DNA of 64,000 bases from Anolis carolinensis (taxonomy: Eukaryota), in NCBI RefSeq assembly GCF_035594765.1, contig NC_085846.1, forward strand, positions 27,515,190-27,579,189, written 5' to 3'. The position numbers and the translations under genes were made by a program. Positions within the stretch are counted from its first letter, which is position 1; every line of letters starts with the position of its first letter. This document shows positions 50,831 through 64,000 of the stretch, in pieces. The notes below the pieces were generated by a model. That model ran no database searches and was not told where the DNA came from. It saw only the letters and a program-made list of their open reading frames with translations.

Positions 50831-51373
50831 CTGCCCAGAGGAAGAAACAAGAGCAAAGGCTAAGAATGCAAAATAGGTCATGTCACACATACAGCAACTT
50901 GTGACATGCACAAGAGGTAGTGATAGATGCTTGCTTAGATGGTTTAACTCAGCCCTCCCCAAACTCGATATTTCAGCCATAACTCCTAACAGCACATTCA
51001 TGGGAAAACACTCACAATAAGATTCCCACAACCTGGCAGTAAATTCTCACAGCATATGGCAAAACAGTTTTGAAAACACAATGCTTGGTAATAGCTCTTG
51101 ATTTCATATATTATCATCCAAATCTGACACATGAGAGAATATAAAACTATGGAAGGAGATTTATGCCCCTTCATAACACAGTTTATGATAATAACCTTGT
51201 ATAATTGGGTAAAGAAACTGTATCTTCCCAAAGTCCTAACACTGCTAATGGTGAAGGGTTTGATGCTCTGCAGTCTTAAAACATCTACAGGCTGTGGCTA
51301 TTACCTCGCTTTACGAATTCAGAAAGACACATCTATAACTAACTTTCTTTCCAATTACAAAGAACCACTAAGG

Positions 51374-51508
51374 CAGTGGTTTTTAACCTGTGGGTCCCCA
51401 GGTGTTTTGACCTACAACTCCCAGAACTCCCAGCCAGTTTACCAGCTCTTAGGATTTCTGGGAGTTGAAGGACAAACCATCTGGAGACCCACAGGTTGAG
51501 AACCACAG
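51374..51508. mobile_element. hAT MITE
   Basis: TIR CAGTGGTTTTTAACCTGTGGG / CCCACAGGTTGAGAACCACAG; perfect 8-bp TSD cactaagg. Confidence 0.9.
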
Positions 51509-51852
51509 CACTAAGGGAAAATCAGCAAAATCCAAGGCTATGAAAAAAGAACAGGCTTAAGCAATGTGAGCTATTTGTGTCTCTCCAAATGCTTTTGGCT
51601 ATAACTCTACTATCACTAATCTTTTTTTTAAAAAAGGTTAAATAAAGCAGGCATGCAGTCACATAAAATTCACTTGGGACTCTGAAATATCTACAGGACA
51701 GCCAAACTAGAAGAGTATCACCTCAAAAAAAATAGAGCATTATTCCTGCTTTACATAGCATCTGAATGGCTGACTGTGATAATTAATATATGAGAAGCAC
51801 CTGAAGAATCTGTATTAGGCCCTTTTTTCTTACCCAATATTTTTGTACAGAC

Positions 51853-52046
51853 CTGTATGTGTCCGGGCATGCCGTTGCAGCTCATCACTGCGTGTGAACC
51901 GCTTCCCACAAAGGACCCAGTTGCACACAAAAGGGCGTTCTCCTGTGTGTAGGCGCACATGAGCCCGCAACAGAGAGGTCTTGCGGAAGGTCTTCCCACA
52001 TTCAGGAACGTGGCAGATATGCCTCTTCTTACCCTGGTCCCCCAAC
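51853..52046 (-). CDS. SP2: SP2 exon (zinc fingers 1-2)
   Basis: [64 protein letters not shown]; KTSLL is diagnostic of SP2. Confidence 0.98.
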
Positions 52047-52835
52047 CTGAAAGGAAAGGAAGATTTATTTAGCAGCACTGGTATAAGGAGAATGGCGAGG
52101 AGAGTTGAAGAAACACAGATTTTCAGTGTCCAGCTGTAGCAGCATGTCCACAGTAAACAATGCAGCAAATCTTGAGCTGGACAAGAATGAGATTCACCCC
52201 TAGGTGATTTTGTCATAACTGTGTGTGCCAGCTTACAACAGGTAAGGTAAATAGCAGCTGCTTCCAGATTCCCTTACAGAGCATGTAGGAACACCAAAAT
52301 AGAGAGAAAGGGGGTGAGAAGGTAGGACTGTTTCATTATCTTTTCCCCAACATGTTAAAAACACAAGTTGTATAGATTTGACCACCAAAATGGAAATCAT
52401 ATGAAGAGGATAGGCTGGTGAAAGAAAGTCATTGACAGACTCATTCTAGAAGAAGCCTTCTAGTTTCAAAATGCATTTGTGTATTGGTCCAGACCTCATG
52501 ATTTCATTTCACATGTGTACATTGTTAGCTCTGAATAGAAAATTACTGAAACAAGTTGAATTACTATTTTTGATGTGGTGTAGGAACCTACCACCCCATA
52601 TTTTTTTCACATTATTTCTGCCCCTAGTACTAATTTTTTTCTATTAAAAAAGTTATGCCCAGAAACTCAAAGACTTGGTTAACTGAGATATGTCTGCATT
52701 CTAGGGTTTCAGTCAAACAGTACTTCCATTTTGTTCAATACAGTTTCTATCTTCTCAAACAATGGCCCAGAGCAGTTATTTGTAGAGAACTTTTGGAGCT
52801 TTGGTGTCCCTTTCAGATTGAGTCTCAGTTCTCAC

Positions 52836-53010
52836 CTTTTCTCCCCATCCTTGCAATTGGGGCAGGTGCAAGCCATTCGCCGTCTCTTCTCTCCTGGCTG
52901 CAGTTCTCCCAAGAGTGCCTGCTCCATCTGTAATTGGATCTGAGTGGGGCTCAGGCCGCTGATAGTCAAGTTGTTGCCTGAGACATTTTGCACTGTCAGC
53001 TGCTGCTGGC
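52836..53010 (-). CDS. SP2: SP2 exon (buttonhead box)
   Basis: GQQQLTVQNVSGNNLTISGLSPTQIQLQMEQAL...RRMACTCPNCKDGEKR; 175 nt. Confidence 0.97.
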
Positions 53011-53829
53011 CTGTGGGGAGAGGGGCAATGAAGCTATGGCTCAGTACTAGTGTGTGACCAAATTTGCTTGAGTGCGTAGTTATTTCAAGAAGCCACCGAA
53101 CTTCCCCATGGATAGTCAAGTGAACATGCTAGCCAGGAATTTTGTACTTCCCTCACTTTTACTTTTCTCTGTTGCTTGTTAAGAGTCAGTGCTGTATATT
53201 CTTCAAAATACCTCGAGATCCAGCATGTCATTCTGGGAGGCACCTCATTTCCACCTGCATTTTCCCTGGTCTTAGTCTTGATTTAGAATTCTCCTCCACA
53301 GCACTCCTGTTTGGTCCCCTATTCCTCTGACACCTCTCTAATTCACAAAGATCCTTTTCAACTTCGAAATAATAAATGCTGTAGTAAATGGTTACATTCT
53401 TAAAAGGGCAAAGAATCTACAAGTAGTGTGGAAAAGGGATATCAAGCAGTAAGGTGTTCAATAATTCTGTCACTGCATTTGATTTCTATGTGTTCCATGT
53501 ACTAAAGGTTGCACAGAGCAACAGAGTTATAAATCCTTTTGAGCAATAATTAAAAGAATATGATATGTGGTTCAATGCATTTCTGAGTAATATGCTTATC
53601 ACTGATGCTTCCTGAAATATTTCTACAGGTTTTCTTCTTTCCTCCTATTGGTTTAGTCAACATAATTGCACTGTGCAGAACTGGAATTCTCTATCTTCCT
53701 AACCCAGATATAGGCAAACTTCGGCTCTCCAGGTGTTTTGGACTTCAACTCCCACAATTCCATTTTTTGTATACACGTGTATGTGATATATGAGAAAAAA
53801 CAACAACATACAATCTTCAAGATTCAACA

Positions 53830-54400
53830 AGTATTATTTCCTCAATCCTGCCACCTCTCCATTTCCACCTGTGAACCCATGACTTCCAACACCACAGCAT
53901 ATGGAACTAGTATCTAACAAAAAGCTGTCCTTGTCATTAAACTAATAAATCCCCATTCAGCTATTTCAAAATCTATTTTTGTCTTCTTTTTTAAGTACCC
54001 AAAGGCCAGTCTCCCATCTTCTAGCAAATTCTTCTTTGTTTCCTCCCCTTAAGCCATTGGGGAGCTTGGCCATTTGAATATACTCTATTACTTTGCTTCT
54101 CCGATCATTAGTAAGTAGTCCCCCCCCCTTTCCATGATTTTGCTATAATTCTCACTGCTACGTAACGATACTGGCAAATTCTTCTATCATCTTTGTCAAT
54201 TCTCTCCTGAAACAAACCCAATAAGTACATTTCTGGGTTTTTCTTAATCTTCTTAGTAATCATTTTGTTGGTTTCTTTAGCCACCTTTTTCTGAAACCCC
54301 TTTACCATCATACAGGTCCACCAAACATGGAAGAATGTGCCTTCCTGCGTTTTACATTTCCAACATTCCTCCCTTTGGGAGATATCAATTTTAACCATTA
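53830..54400 (-). mobile_element. L1/Tx1-clade LINE ORF2 C-terminal fragment
   Basis: CWKCKTQEGTFFHVWWTC zinc knuckle. Confidence 0.8.
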
Positions 54401-54656
54401 ATTTGGTGGGTTTGTATGGTGGTAAAAAGGTTTTGGAAAGGTTTACCAGCTGTTAGGAATTGTGGGGGTTGAAGTCCAAAACACCTGGAGGGTCAAGTTT
54501 GCCAATGCCAGCCCTAACTGCTATGCCATCGGCCTGTACTTTTTTTTTTTAAGTATTAGATATTCTCACATACCCCACCAAAATGCATTTCTGTATCAAA
54601 CATTCAGCAGGAGATACTGCTCACCACAATCAAGAACATTCCACAACACATCTCAC

Positions 54657-54972
54657 CTCCCGTGTTGGTGATAGTGACGGGAACGCCTTGAACCTGAACC
54701 CCATTGATGCTGATGGTCTGCATGGCCTGAGCAGCTGCGGCGAGTTGAGCAGCATTGAGGCTGATGATGCCCCCAGCAGGAGCGATCTTTGGCAGGGCAC
54801 GCTCTTTGCGAGCCCCTGTCTTTTTGGTACTGCCTCCTGTCTGGGAACTGCGAGGTGCAGGACTGCTGCAGGAGGTGGTGGAGGAAGCGATGGGGGAAGG
54901 GGCCACAGTAACGCCAGGGGCTTCTTGGAGCAGCACTGTTTGCAGCTCACCAGAAGGAGACTTGAAATATAC
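54657..54972 (-). CDS. SP2: SP2 exon
   Basis: VYFKSPSGELQTVLLQEAP...LPKIAPAGGIISLNAAQLAAAAQAMQTISINGVQVQGVPVTITNTG; 316 nt. Confidence 0.96.
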
Positions 54973-55950
54973 CTAGAAGTAGAGCACAAAAATATAAGGG
55001 GTGCAGTGTGCTACTTTCTGGCACATATATGTCATCTCTTTCAAGTAGAGGAACTGCTACCTAGTGAAAACCAAGTTCTCACTTGCCTCTCACTACATTC
55101 TGTATCACTTCCCTAAGAAGGATAATGAGTACATCCCATGAAAACCAGGTATGCACCTCCTTAAATTGTTCATTGTTCCCTTCATGATTCTGTATGCTTA
55201 ACATATCTGTCACCATGTCATGCTCAGAAATTTCATAAATGTATCTAACTTCGTTACAAGGCATAAGACATATCAAAAATATCATTTTTCTTGGCACCCT
55301 GATTGCAGTAAATAGTTGAAATAATATGTATACACTGACATTTTTTCTTTCATGACTGTTTCTAACTAGTCACCTTAAATGTAAAAAAGGGACTTAGAAA
55401 TTATATAAATAAGACAAACTGAAAAAGACTTAACTGAAATATTTTGGAATTTAAACCTGCTTTCATATCTACATTTAATATCAATCAATATATCATACTT
55501 CACAGATATTCAAAAACTATTAGAAATGTGGTTCCAGAAGACCTTTTATTTCCTGCTTTTAAGATTACTAAAGACAAATTGTGTTATAAATGAATACATA
55601 ATCAACAGATCCTTGACAGAAACACAGATCAAGAGGAAAGCTGTACAGAAAGATGAGAGATTGTGTGACTCCTTATTTGTGGAGGAGTATATCTCAAAGT
55701 GCAGCAGATTCCACTACAGAAAGCCATCTTTCCATATGGGTAAAAGAGTGATTCCCAAAAGATATTATTTATACATCCATATATGCAACTGACAAAATTC
55801 CAGCTCATTCCAGAATTCCAGGCAAACATGGCTTGTACTGGAACTCCTACATTTATTTACTGTCTTTCTGAGTCACCACATAAGTAAGCAACATACAATG
55901 TGAACACATACAAATAACCTGTAAACCATCACATCAAATCAAGACCATAC

Positions 55951-56916
55951 CTGAGTGGGGATGGGCTCAGATGTTTGGATCTGGAAGTTTTGTGGTGACT
56001 TCTGGGGAACAGTGGGGAGCGTGGCTGAGGCTGCCTGGACCACCCGCAGAGCTTGCTGGGGGATCTGAACGACCTGTTGTTCTTGCTTGGGTTGGACCAC
56101 TTGTACCTGTTGGACCACTGCTGGCTGGCCAGACCCAGGGCTCTGCACAATCAACAGGTTGTTCCCTGCCTGGATGATATTTTCAGCCGTGGTCTCTATC
56201 AAGACCGTTTCCACTTGCTCAGTCACAGCCATCGCAGCTGTCTGGGATGATGATACTGCCTTCTTCCGGGCCTTTTTGCTTGGTTTTGAGGGGCTGTCTG
56301 GGACAATCTGAGTCTGGCTGTTGGTGTCTCCGGCTGTGACCAGATTACTCACTGGCAAAGTAAGGGTGACGTTCCCACTGGTGCCAAACTTGACCACGTT
56401 GGTGGGGCTATGGACAGCGGAGGTCTTGTGAGCTGGTGCTGGTTTGATTGGCACAGGCTTATGAGCTGAAGAAGAGGAGGAGGATGACAATGAAGAAGAG
56501 GAGGAAGTAGGGATGGAACTTGGAATAATCTGTATTTGGTTACCCAGGTTCTGCTGTACTTGAATGGTCTGCCCTGATGTTGTTTGTATTTGTGGAACTG
56601 CCTGGTACTGGATGTTGGCAGGGGAGTGAGCCCCTTTGTTGATTACAGCTGGGTTTTGGATGGTAAACACCAACTGCCCCCCAGGATATGAGGTCCCGAG
56701 CTGAGAACCCTGGATCTGGAAGAGGTTTCCTTTCGAAGACAAGATCCCAATGCTGTTCTTGTTGGAACTTAGTGGAAGTGGAGCAGGCTTGATGGGGACC
56801 AGTTTTCGAGGGGCAGGCTGAGGAGGGGCAGGAGAAGCAACGGCTGTTTCAACAGCTGGAGGACCGATTTTGCTACATGTGGCAGCAAGGAGGGCGAGTG
56901 GAGATGGCTGAGAATC
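55951..56916 (-). CDS. SP2: SP2 large exon (Sp box plus Q-rich domain); upstream exons lie outside the window
   Basis: DSQPSPLALLAATCSKIG (Sp box)...QIPQQALRVVQAASATLPTVPQK; 966 nt with AG/GT boundaries. Confidence 0.97.
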
Positions 56917-59276
56917 CTATAAGAATTGAAATAATATGGGTGACATCAGAGGCAGGCTGATAAGCAAACAGGTCATTTCATATTCAACAGAGCACAGTGA
57001 GCTGGTTATGAAACCTAATGTAAGGACAACAGTCATGACCTGATCACTATGGGAGATGCAGCTTTGTTTTTATCACATCCTGGAATGAATAGACATTACC
57101 AAAACGTAGTCAGGCTTTTAGGCCATTCAAATCAATGGAACAAATTATTTCTGATAAGGACTTAAACTGGACTAAACATGACTAACCTATGTTTGATTCC
57201 AACCTAATTAATCTGATACCAGCACAATCTCAAAATAAGCAATACCTTTATTGATATAGAGCTTTGAGTGTCCGAAGTGCTCCACATATACTGTCTCAGG
57301 ATTTACAAAAACCCAATACAATTTTGTGGAAAATATTTTATTGGAATACGTTTAATAATGTAAAGATAAGAACATATACTTCCCTACACCTCAGAGAACA
57401 CTCTCCTTAAGTGTTGTACTTGATGTATTCTATACCAACAGTTTAGCTTTCATGTGCTTCATTCACTCTCTGCACTAATTATCTGATTCAGTACAAATAG
57501 CTGGACATTCTAATTCACCAAAGGATGGGTATGAATATGAAGATATAAGCAATATATCACATTTTATCTTGACTACCTGCATTTGTGACTGACTGACAAG
57601 CAAGACATTTTTTGAAATGGAAACAAGCTTAGCAGTGTGTTAATTTGCTAGTCTGTTCTTCTGAACACTAGAGTGCTTGTGCTTGTCTTCTGAGAACAAT
57701 AACTAGAAATTTGGATCCTATAACATTTAACATTACTGACTGCAATACAATACTTCGGACAACTATAAATAAACTGAGACTTACATACATGTATACGTGC
57801 ATATGGCATGGAGCATTTTCCACTGACATTGGAAACCATTAGTACAACAGAGGTTTCACATACAGAGCTATCCACATGCAGTTATTTTATACATGTCTTA
57901 AAATAAAATTCAATACATAAAGAGTACTTTACCCAAAATAGAACTGATGAAATACCTCAACTTTGGAATGGATGAAAGGGTGGTGTGTGCATAAACAAAA
58001 ACCAAGTGAGATGTAACAGAAATGATTTTGAAACCTATTTAACCAATGGATTCTGAAAACGTTGCAGTTATTTTCTGATTTACAAATAAATAAAGTGAAA
58101 AGGATGTGTGAAGGAAAGTATCCAGACTGTACCTCTGAATGATCAACGGAGACACTTAACTAACACAGTTGCAAATCAAAACACAAACATTTCGAGTCTT
58201 TGTTATGCCAGCTAGGAAACTACAAATGGGGGATTTAAAGAGCATATCGTGGAATAAACTAAAGAGAAACCACTTCAGATGGTTCAACACGTGGTTTCCT
58301 TCCATTTTGTAAGAGTAAATCTAAAGTAGCCTTTCTTAACATAAATCAGTGGTAAAGAAAAGCCTAACAAAAGGAAGCGAAGTGAAGTCACATTTGAAGT
58401 TTTTTCTGTTACAAAGGTTTGTAATCACTACATGCAGTTCCCTGTTACTGAAACAGCATTCTCCACCACCAGTATCACAAACCCTTAGCCTTTCTTCCCA
58501 CAGATTTCTACTACCTTCCAGTTTCAAACAGCAAAAGAAGCACAGCTCTAGAATAAATTATAAAAAAGGATTGTGACTATGAATGTTCATGTTAACATAT
58601 ATTAGTCTTAACTATGCAAGATTTATTTACTCTCCTTCTTCTCCCTTTCCTTTTCCAGTCTTGTGAGCTAAATAACAAGGGAAATGTTACCAGTTATTAT
58701 GTATGATTCAATCAGGCAGCATCCATGTTCTTAATGGAGTAGGGAACTTCTCAGCTTCTGGGGAACAGCTTGGTTTGGGACCCTCCCCTTTTTCTCATTG
58801 GCTGGTCTTGGGTTTGAAACTACTGTATCAGGAATATACCGTGTTTCTCTATTCTGAGGGCCAGGGGGCAGTAGCAGCAGAGGAAGGATTTCTCACTTGG
58901 AGACAAAATTCCATTTGTCCCAGATACAGATTGTAATCAGTTTGTAAAAGTAGTAGCTTAATGTTATGGAATCATGAAAATTGCAGTTTTACAAAGTCTT
59001 TAGACATTTCTGCCAAAGAATCCTGGCACTTCATCGAACTACAACTCCCACAATTCCATAGCATTGAGCCACGGAAATTTAAATGGTGTCAAACTGCATT
59101 AATTCTACAATGCAGATGCATGTCAAAAAAGAACCAACTGTGAGGCAGCATAAACCAAAGCATTTTGGAAATTGAAGTAGAAAATCCAAATGTCATCCCT
59201 TGCTTACTAATTGACAAGTTTCTCTTATGGAAACGTAATTGATTTGAAGGCTTTTCTGCATGTGTGCCACCAAAAT

Positions 59277-60870
59277 TATTTATGTATTTAGTGTCAAAAG
59301 AATTGCATAAACAATCAAACAAACAAACTGATAAAATAAAGGGAGCACAAGCAGCCAAATAATTTTAGACCAAAAACCGCATTGTCTGTAGCTTTAAACA
59401 TGAGGCAGGGCACTGTGGGCAAATATACAGATGCTGAGTTGTTTGTTCTGCTCCACAATTGCACAAGGTGGAGGATTCTTCTAGGTAGTGCTATTTTGCC
59501 AGGTTGTCTTTTGATTTGCCAACTCCACTTCTGAGTCTGTTCAGGGACTTCCAAGTTACCCATTCTTGGTTTGCCCCTAGAGGAAAATCCTGGTAGGGGG
59601 CCACCCAGTTGGAATTGCCTGCTTTTGCTGCCCACAGGAATATTTCTTGCTGTTGCTGCAAGAACATTTCGAGGAGTGGTGGTTCTCATGAAACTTTTCC
59701 TTGATTTACCGTAAGTTTACTGGGAGGAGGATGACAATGTAGTGGGTGGCTTTCACAGTGTTCAACCTTATTTCTCTCGCAATTGACAGCAACTTCCCAT
59801 TGCACATTTGGGGGGGGGGGGGGAGGGCAATAGCAGCTAGCTTATAAAGTCTATCAGCAGGTGTAGGTTTAAGACATCCTGTGATTATTCTGTGTTTCAT
59901 TCACCTGCTTCACGTGGGCAGATTTATGTCAGATGGGACAGGCATACTTAGCAGTTGAGTAAGACAAGGCGAAGGCTGATGTTCTTATTAATTTTGGGTC
60001 TGCACCCCATGGGCTATCAATAAGTTTCCACAGGATGTTATTGCGTGCAGCTACTTGGTGCTTGCAAAATGTTTCCTAAATGTTAGCGATTGATCTAAGG
60101 TGATGCCGAGATATTTAGGATGGGAACAATGTTCAAACTCTTCTTCTCACGCAACTTTCAATTTTCTGTTGGCTTCACGGTTACGTAGGTGGAAATAACA
60201 CACTTGTGTCTTGCCAGGGTTAGACTTCAGGCGGTTATCTTTATAGTAACTGGAGAGATCTTTCAGTAAGTTGGTTCTCAACTGTTTCAAAGTCTTTTGC
60301 TTGTGTTCTTAGGCCAAGGTCATCAGTGTATATATGAAGTTCTTTGTGAGTGGTGGGTGTAGCTGATCGTTAGTAAAAATATTAAACAAGGTCGGTGCAA
60401 GAACGCTGTCTTGAGGTGGACCATTTTTTTGCCTCCTCCATCTACTTTATCTGCCCTGAAACTCCACATAGAAGCTTTCTAGGAGGGTCTGGTTAGTTTT
60501 TATAAAATCATAGTCCTGAATGGTATGGTAAACTTTATGCAGCATTGTCCTATGTTGCACCAAGTCATAGGCTGCCGTAAGGTCCCCTACTGTTCTCATA
60601 AGGCAACCTTTCTCATAGCCTTTCTCGATATATTCAGTCAACTTAAGAATTTGAGCTGTACAGTTTTTCCCTGGTCTGAAGCCTTCTTGTTGCGCAATAA
60701 GATGGGGTTCAATAAAAGGGCCTAGTCAATTTAATAGCATCCTCTCATAAATTTTAGACAGATGACATAGGAGAGAGATTGGTTGGTAGTTCTTGGCACT
60801 GGATGCGTCTTTACCAGGTTTTAAAATGGCAATAATCTTAGTTTCCTTCATAGCCTGGGAATCTGTTTCT
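59277..60870 (-). mobile_element. Vingi/Ingi-type LINE, degenerate RT and 3' end
   Basis: KIIAILKPGKDASSAKNYQPISLL, DLTAAYDLVQHR, PQDSVLAPTLFNIFTNDQ, RIITGCLKPTP; (TAAA)-type tail. Confidence 0.85.
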
Positions 60871-62039
60871 GTGTCAAGCATTGATTGTAAAAATTCAAAG
60901 GCCAGCATGAAATGAAGCTTCAATAAGTGCTTTTTACTGGACTGTTAGCAACTCAAAATTATGTTGCCCAGCTGTGTATTTCCGTGAATAACCCATGTGT
61001 TAGTTCAGTCCCCCATTGTGAACTCTAAACTCAACATATGAGCGAATCACCTTCACCTGACTCCTAGGAGGCTCACTTCAAAATGAAAGGATTTGAAACA
61101 GACTGCCTGAAGCAAGTCAGAAGGAATCTTGATGCTGCTGGTTTGTATAACAAAGGAAGCAATTTAAGCTTAAGTAGATGAATGGTGTATTTATGTGACT
61201 TCAGGTCACATGCTGAACTATGGTTATCCCATGAATTTCACAGAGGTTTCATAGGTAAAGTATTCAGAAATGGTTTTGCCTGTTCCTTTCTTTGAGATAT
61301 AGCCTACAGCATCTGATATTCATTGGCAGTGTCCAATCTAAGCATTAGCCAGGGCTGACCCTGTTTAGCTTCCAAAATCAGTGGAATCCTGTGCCTTCCG
61401 GATATTTAGACCTACAAGGTGGCAAATTCAATCATAAATAGCAGATAAGTGAAATGATTTCAAAAGCAATTTCTTTACTGAGTTATGATGGAGGTATTTA
61501 TTATTCTGAAGGGAAGTTAGTTCAAATGCATGTCCAAGGACCTCATCACATTGAAGTCAAACTTATGGGTGACAGTGGGGCGATTTGCCATGGATTGTGG
61601 TGAATCCAGCTTGGGGCATCAGTCACCACGCATTTCCCCTTACCTCATTCTACCCCCTTTCTTCCCGCTGGTGACTTTACATGATGGTTTCACCTCACTT
61701 CAGGTATGGAGCCCTGTCAGAAGTAGATCTACATCATGTGGTGGGATCACGTGCCTGAAGTGAGATGAAACTAGTGTAGGATGGGCAATTTTGCGAATGT
61801 GTTTTGGCTTAATCAAAGTACTGGAGGCAGATATTTTAAATGAAATCAACAGCTTGGGAGTTGCTTAGATGCAATTAAAAAGTTTTCTATAAAATAGCCA
61901 CTGAAGAAAACAGAAAGGTACAGGTCAAGTCCAATGAGATGTCATGAAATGCATAAAGGCTACACTCAGGATCTTGTCCCTTAACTTCTCACATATTTTG
62001 CCCTAGTACAAAGCAATATTTCTCGCTAGCAACCTAGTC

Positions 62040-62740
62040 TGGGGATGGAGGTGTGTCAATCAATTCTGGATGAGGTTAAACTCCTCCTGAAAGACTGTGT
62101 TCACAGCTTCGGAGTGCTCCTGGATCCATCTCTCCAAATGTCAGCCCAGGTAGATGCAACAGTCAGGAGAGTTTATTATCAGCTTCGGTTTATATGCAAT
62201 GTGCGCTCCTTCTTAGATTTAGAGGATCTAAAGATGGGAGTATATGCGCTGGTAACCTCAAGGCTGGACTTCTGCAATGCGCTTTACATTGGGATACCTC
62301 TGTATCAAGTTAGGAAACCCCAGTCAGTTCAAAATATGGCAGCCAGATTGGTTACGGGAACATCTAGGAGTGAGCATATCACTCCTATACTAGTCACTCC
62401 AGTGACTTCCAATTAGTTTCCAGGCAAAGTACAAAGTGTTGGTTGGTTTAGACTTTTAAAGCCCTACATGGTTTTGGTCCAGGTTACCTACAGGATTGCC
62501 TTCTCCAGTACAATCCATCCTGAAAACTTACGTCCTTTGGAGGGTGGGGGGGAGTCTACTCCAGCCAACCAGAACCCAACTGCCAACCCGGAGGACTTTT
62601 TCATTGGCTGCCCCAAGAATGTGGAACAACCTGCCAGAAGAGGTCCAACATCTAAATGAGCTTTCAGAATTTAAAACGCATATGAAGACTTATCTCTTCT
62701 GACAGGCCTACCCAGCCAGTTTCAATCACTTATTTATTTC
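62040..62740 (+). mobile_element. L2 LINE 3' fragment
   Basis: GVLLDPSL.M..QV...YYQLR...ALVTSRLDFCNALYIG...QNMAARLV; RTFSLAAPRMWNNLP. Confidence 0.9.
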
Positions 62741-62820
62741 TAAGTTTTGTACAACATATACCCAATGCATTAGTAACATTTGCATGTCTTTAAGCCAAAT
62801 GTTACTAATACACTTCTTTA

Positions 62821-63226
62821 AGCCCTACGAGGAGTGGCTTAAAGAACTGGGTATGTTTAGCCTGCAGAAGAGAAGGCTGAGAGGAGACATGATAGCCATG
62901 TACAAATATGTGAGGAGAAGTCATAGGGAGGAGGGAGCAAGTTTGTTTGCTGCTGCCCTGCAGACTAGGACACGGAACAATGGCTTCAAACTACAGGAAA
63001 GGAGATTCCACCTGAACATCAGGAAGAACTTCCTCACTGTGAGAGCTGTTCGGCAGTGGAACTCTCCCCCCCGGACTGTGGTGAAAGCTCCTCCTTTGGA
63101 GGCTATTAAACAGAGGCTGGATGGCCACCTGTCGGGGGTGCTTTGAATGAGATTTTCCTGCTTCTTGCAGGGGGTTGGACTGGATGGCCCATGAGGTCTC
63201 TTCCAACTCTACGATTCTATTCTATG
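62821..63226 (+). mobile_element. CR1 LINE 3' end (same family as 7739-8250)
   Basis: Near-identical to the 7850-8250 copy; (ATTCT) tail. Confidence 0.92.
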
Positions 63227-64000
63227 ACTTATTTTAAACTTGCGTCTTATGTTCTGCCTTTATTCTGTGAATTTGAATTCGTATTCTGTAAAAATGTATT
63301 TTAATGAGTGTATTTTATAGAAGTTTTAGATAATTATGTGCTTTTAGCAATGATCTAACCCATCTCAAGGCACAAGAAGAGGCAAGTAAGAAATAAAATA
63401 ATTATTATCTCACCCTCTGCAATGAGCTGCTGTGTTCTGTGCAGCCGTATGACATGCCAAATGTTACTACTGCATTGGGTATATGTTGTACAAAACTTAG
63501 AAATAAAACACAGGTTTGTACTCTATACTCACTCACTGTTCTCATACAATTATATGAGTGCTTCAAGGCTGAACATATGTATGCACCAATATATTTGCAA
63601 CTGGCTTTTAAAGTACTACAATATTTTGTTGCTTTAACTTAAGAAATGAATTAATTTTTTCAGTCTGAAAAATTAGCAGATTAATTTATTGCGTGATCCC
63701 ATGTTCCAATGTTCTGATACTTCTTTCCCCACAATGTCAATAATTTTGTAAATCTCTGGTATGCCCAATCTGGCTTGCTTTTTGGAAAAATTAAAACTCC
63801 TCTGGTCAGAAGTTTAAAGGATATTCTGTAAGTGTGCCTGTTCCTTACTCTAAATAGGAGTCAGTGGTCTTCAGAAAGATGATAAATGGATGGTAGCGGG
63901 TGTCATTAACCTGTCCTAGATCAAAATTAGTGAACCACGTTGGGACATTAAAATCAAATTCATGATGTTAGTAAAATAATATATTAGATGAGGACCAAAT

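Noticed and set aside
54583-55116. 177-aa plus-strand ORF and other plus ORFs over 55971-56311
   Set aside because: Antisense shadows of SP2 exons.
56917-64000. SP2 upstream coding exons
   Set aside because: No segment encoding the expected MAATAAVSPSDYLQP-like peptide with splice sites was found; presumably beyond the window.

Overview
This is squamate genomic DNA, most likely Anolis lizard. The evidence is the repeat content: Sauria SINE, Anolis SINE2-type elements, BovB, Vingi, Penelope, R4 and many MITEs. The window covers the conserved vertebrate block (CDK5RAP3 promoter, inferred from synteny) - PRR15L(+) - PNPO(-) - SP2(-). PRR15L has a single coding exon, PNPO is complete (7 exons, 259 aa), and SP2 is present as its last five coding exons. 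The main discovery is a gene between PNPO and SP2 that the ORF track shows only in fragments. It is a + strand, 4-coding-exon gene (43901-46942) whose GT-AG introns are all phase 1. It encodes a ~178-aa protein I do not recognise, with an N-terminal Cys-Cys, a Pro/Glu-rich region, a (QV)n tract, an LC8-type RETQT motif and a C-terminal coiled coil with an RhxxhE motif. It lies head-to-head with PNPO, where I recall human carries the lncRNA SP2-AS1. Other notable items are an R4 retrotransposon with a twin-priming-type 5' inversion inside a (TAA)n target, hammerhead ribozyme motifs in Penelope elements, and nested TE insertions with readable target-site duplications (TSDs). All identifications come from reading the sequence by eye and from recall; no database searches were run.
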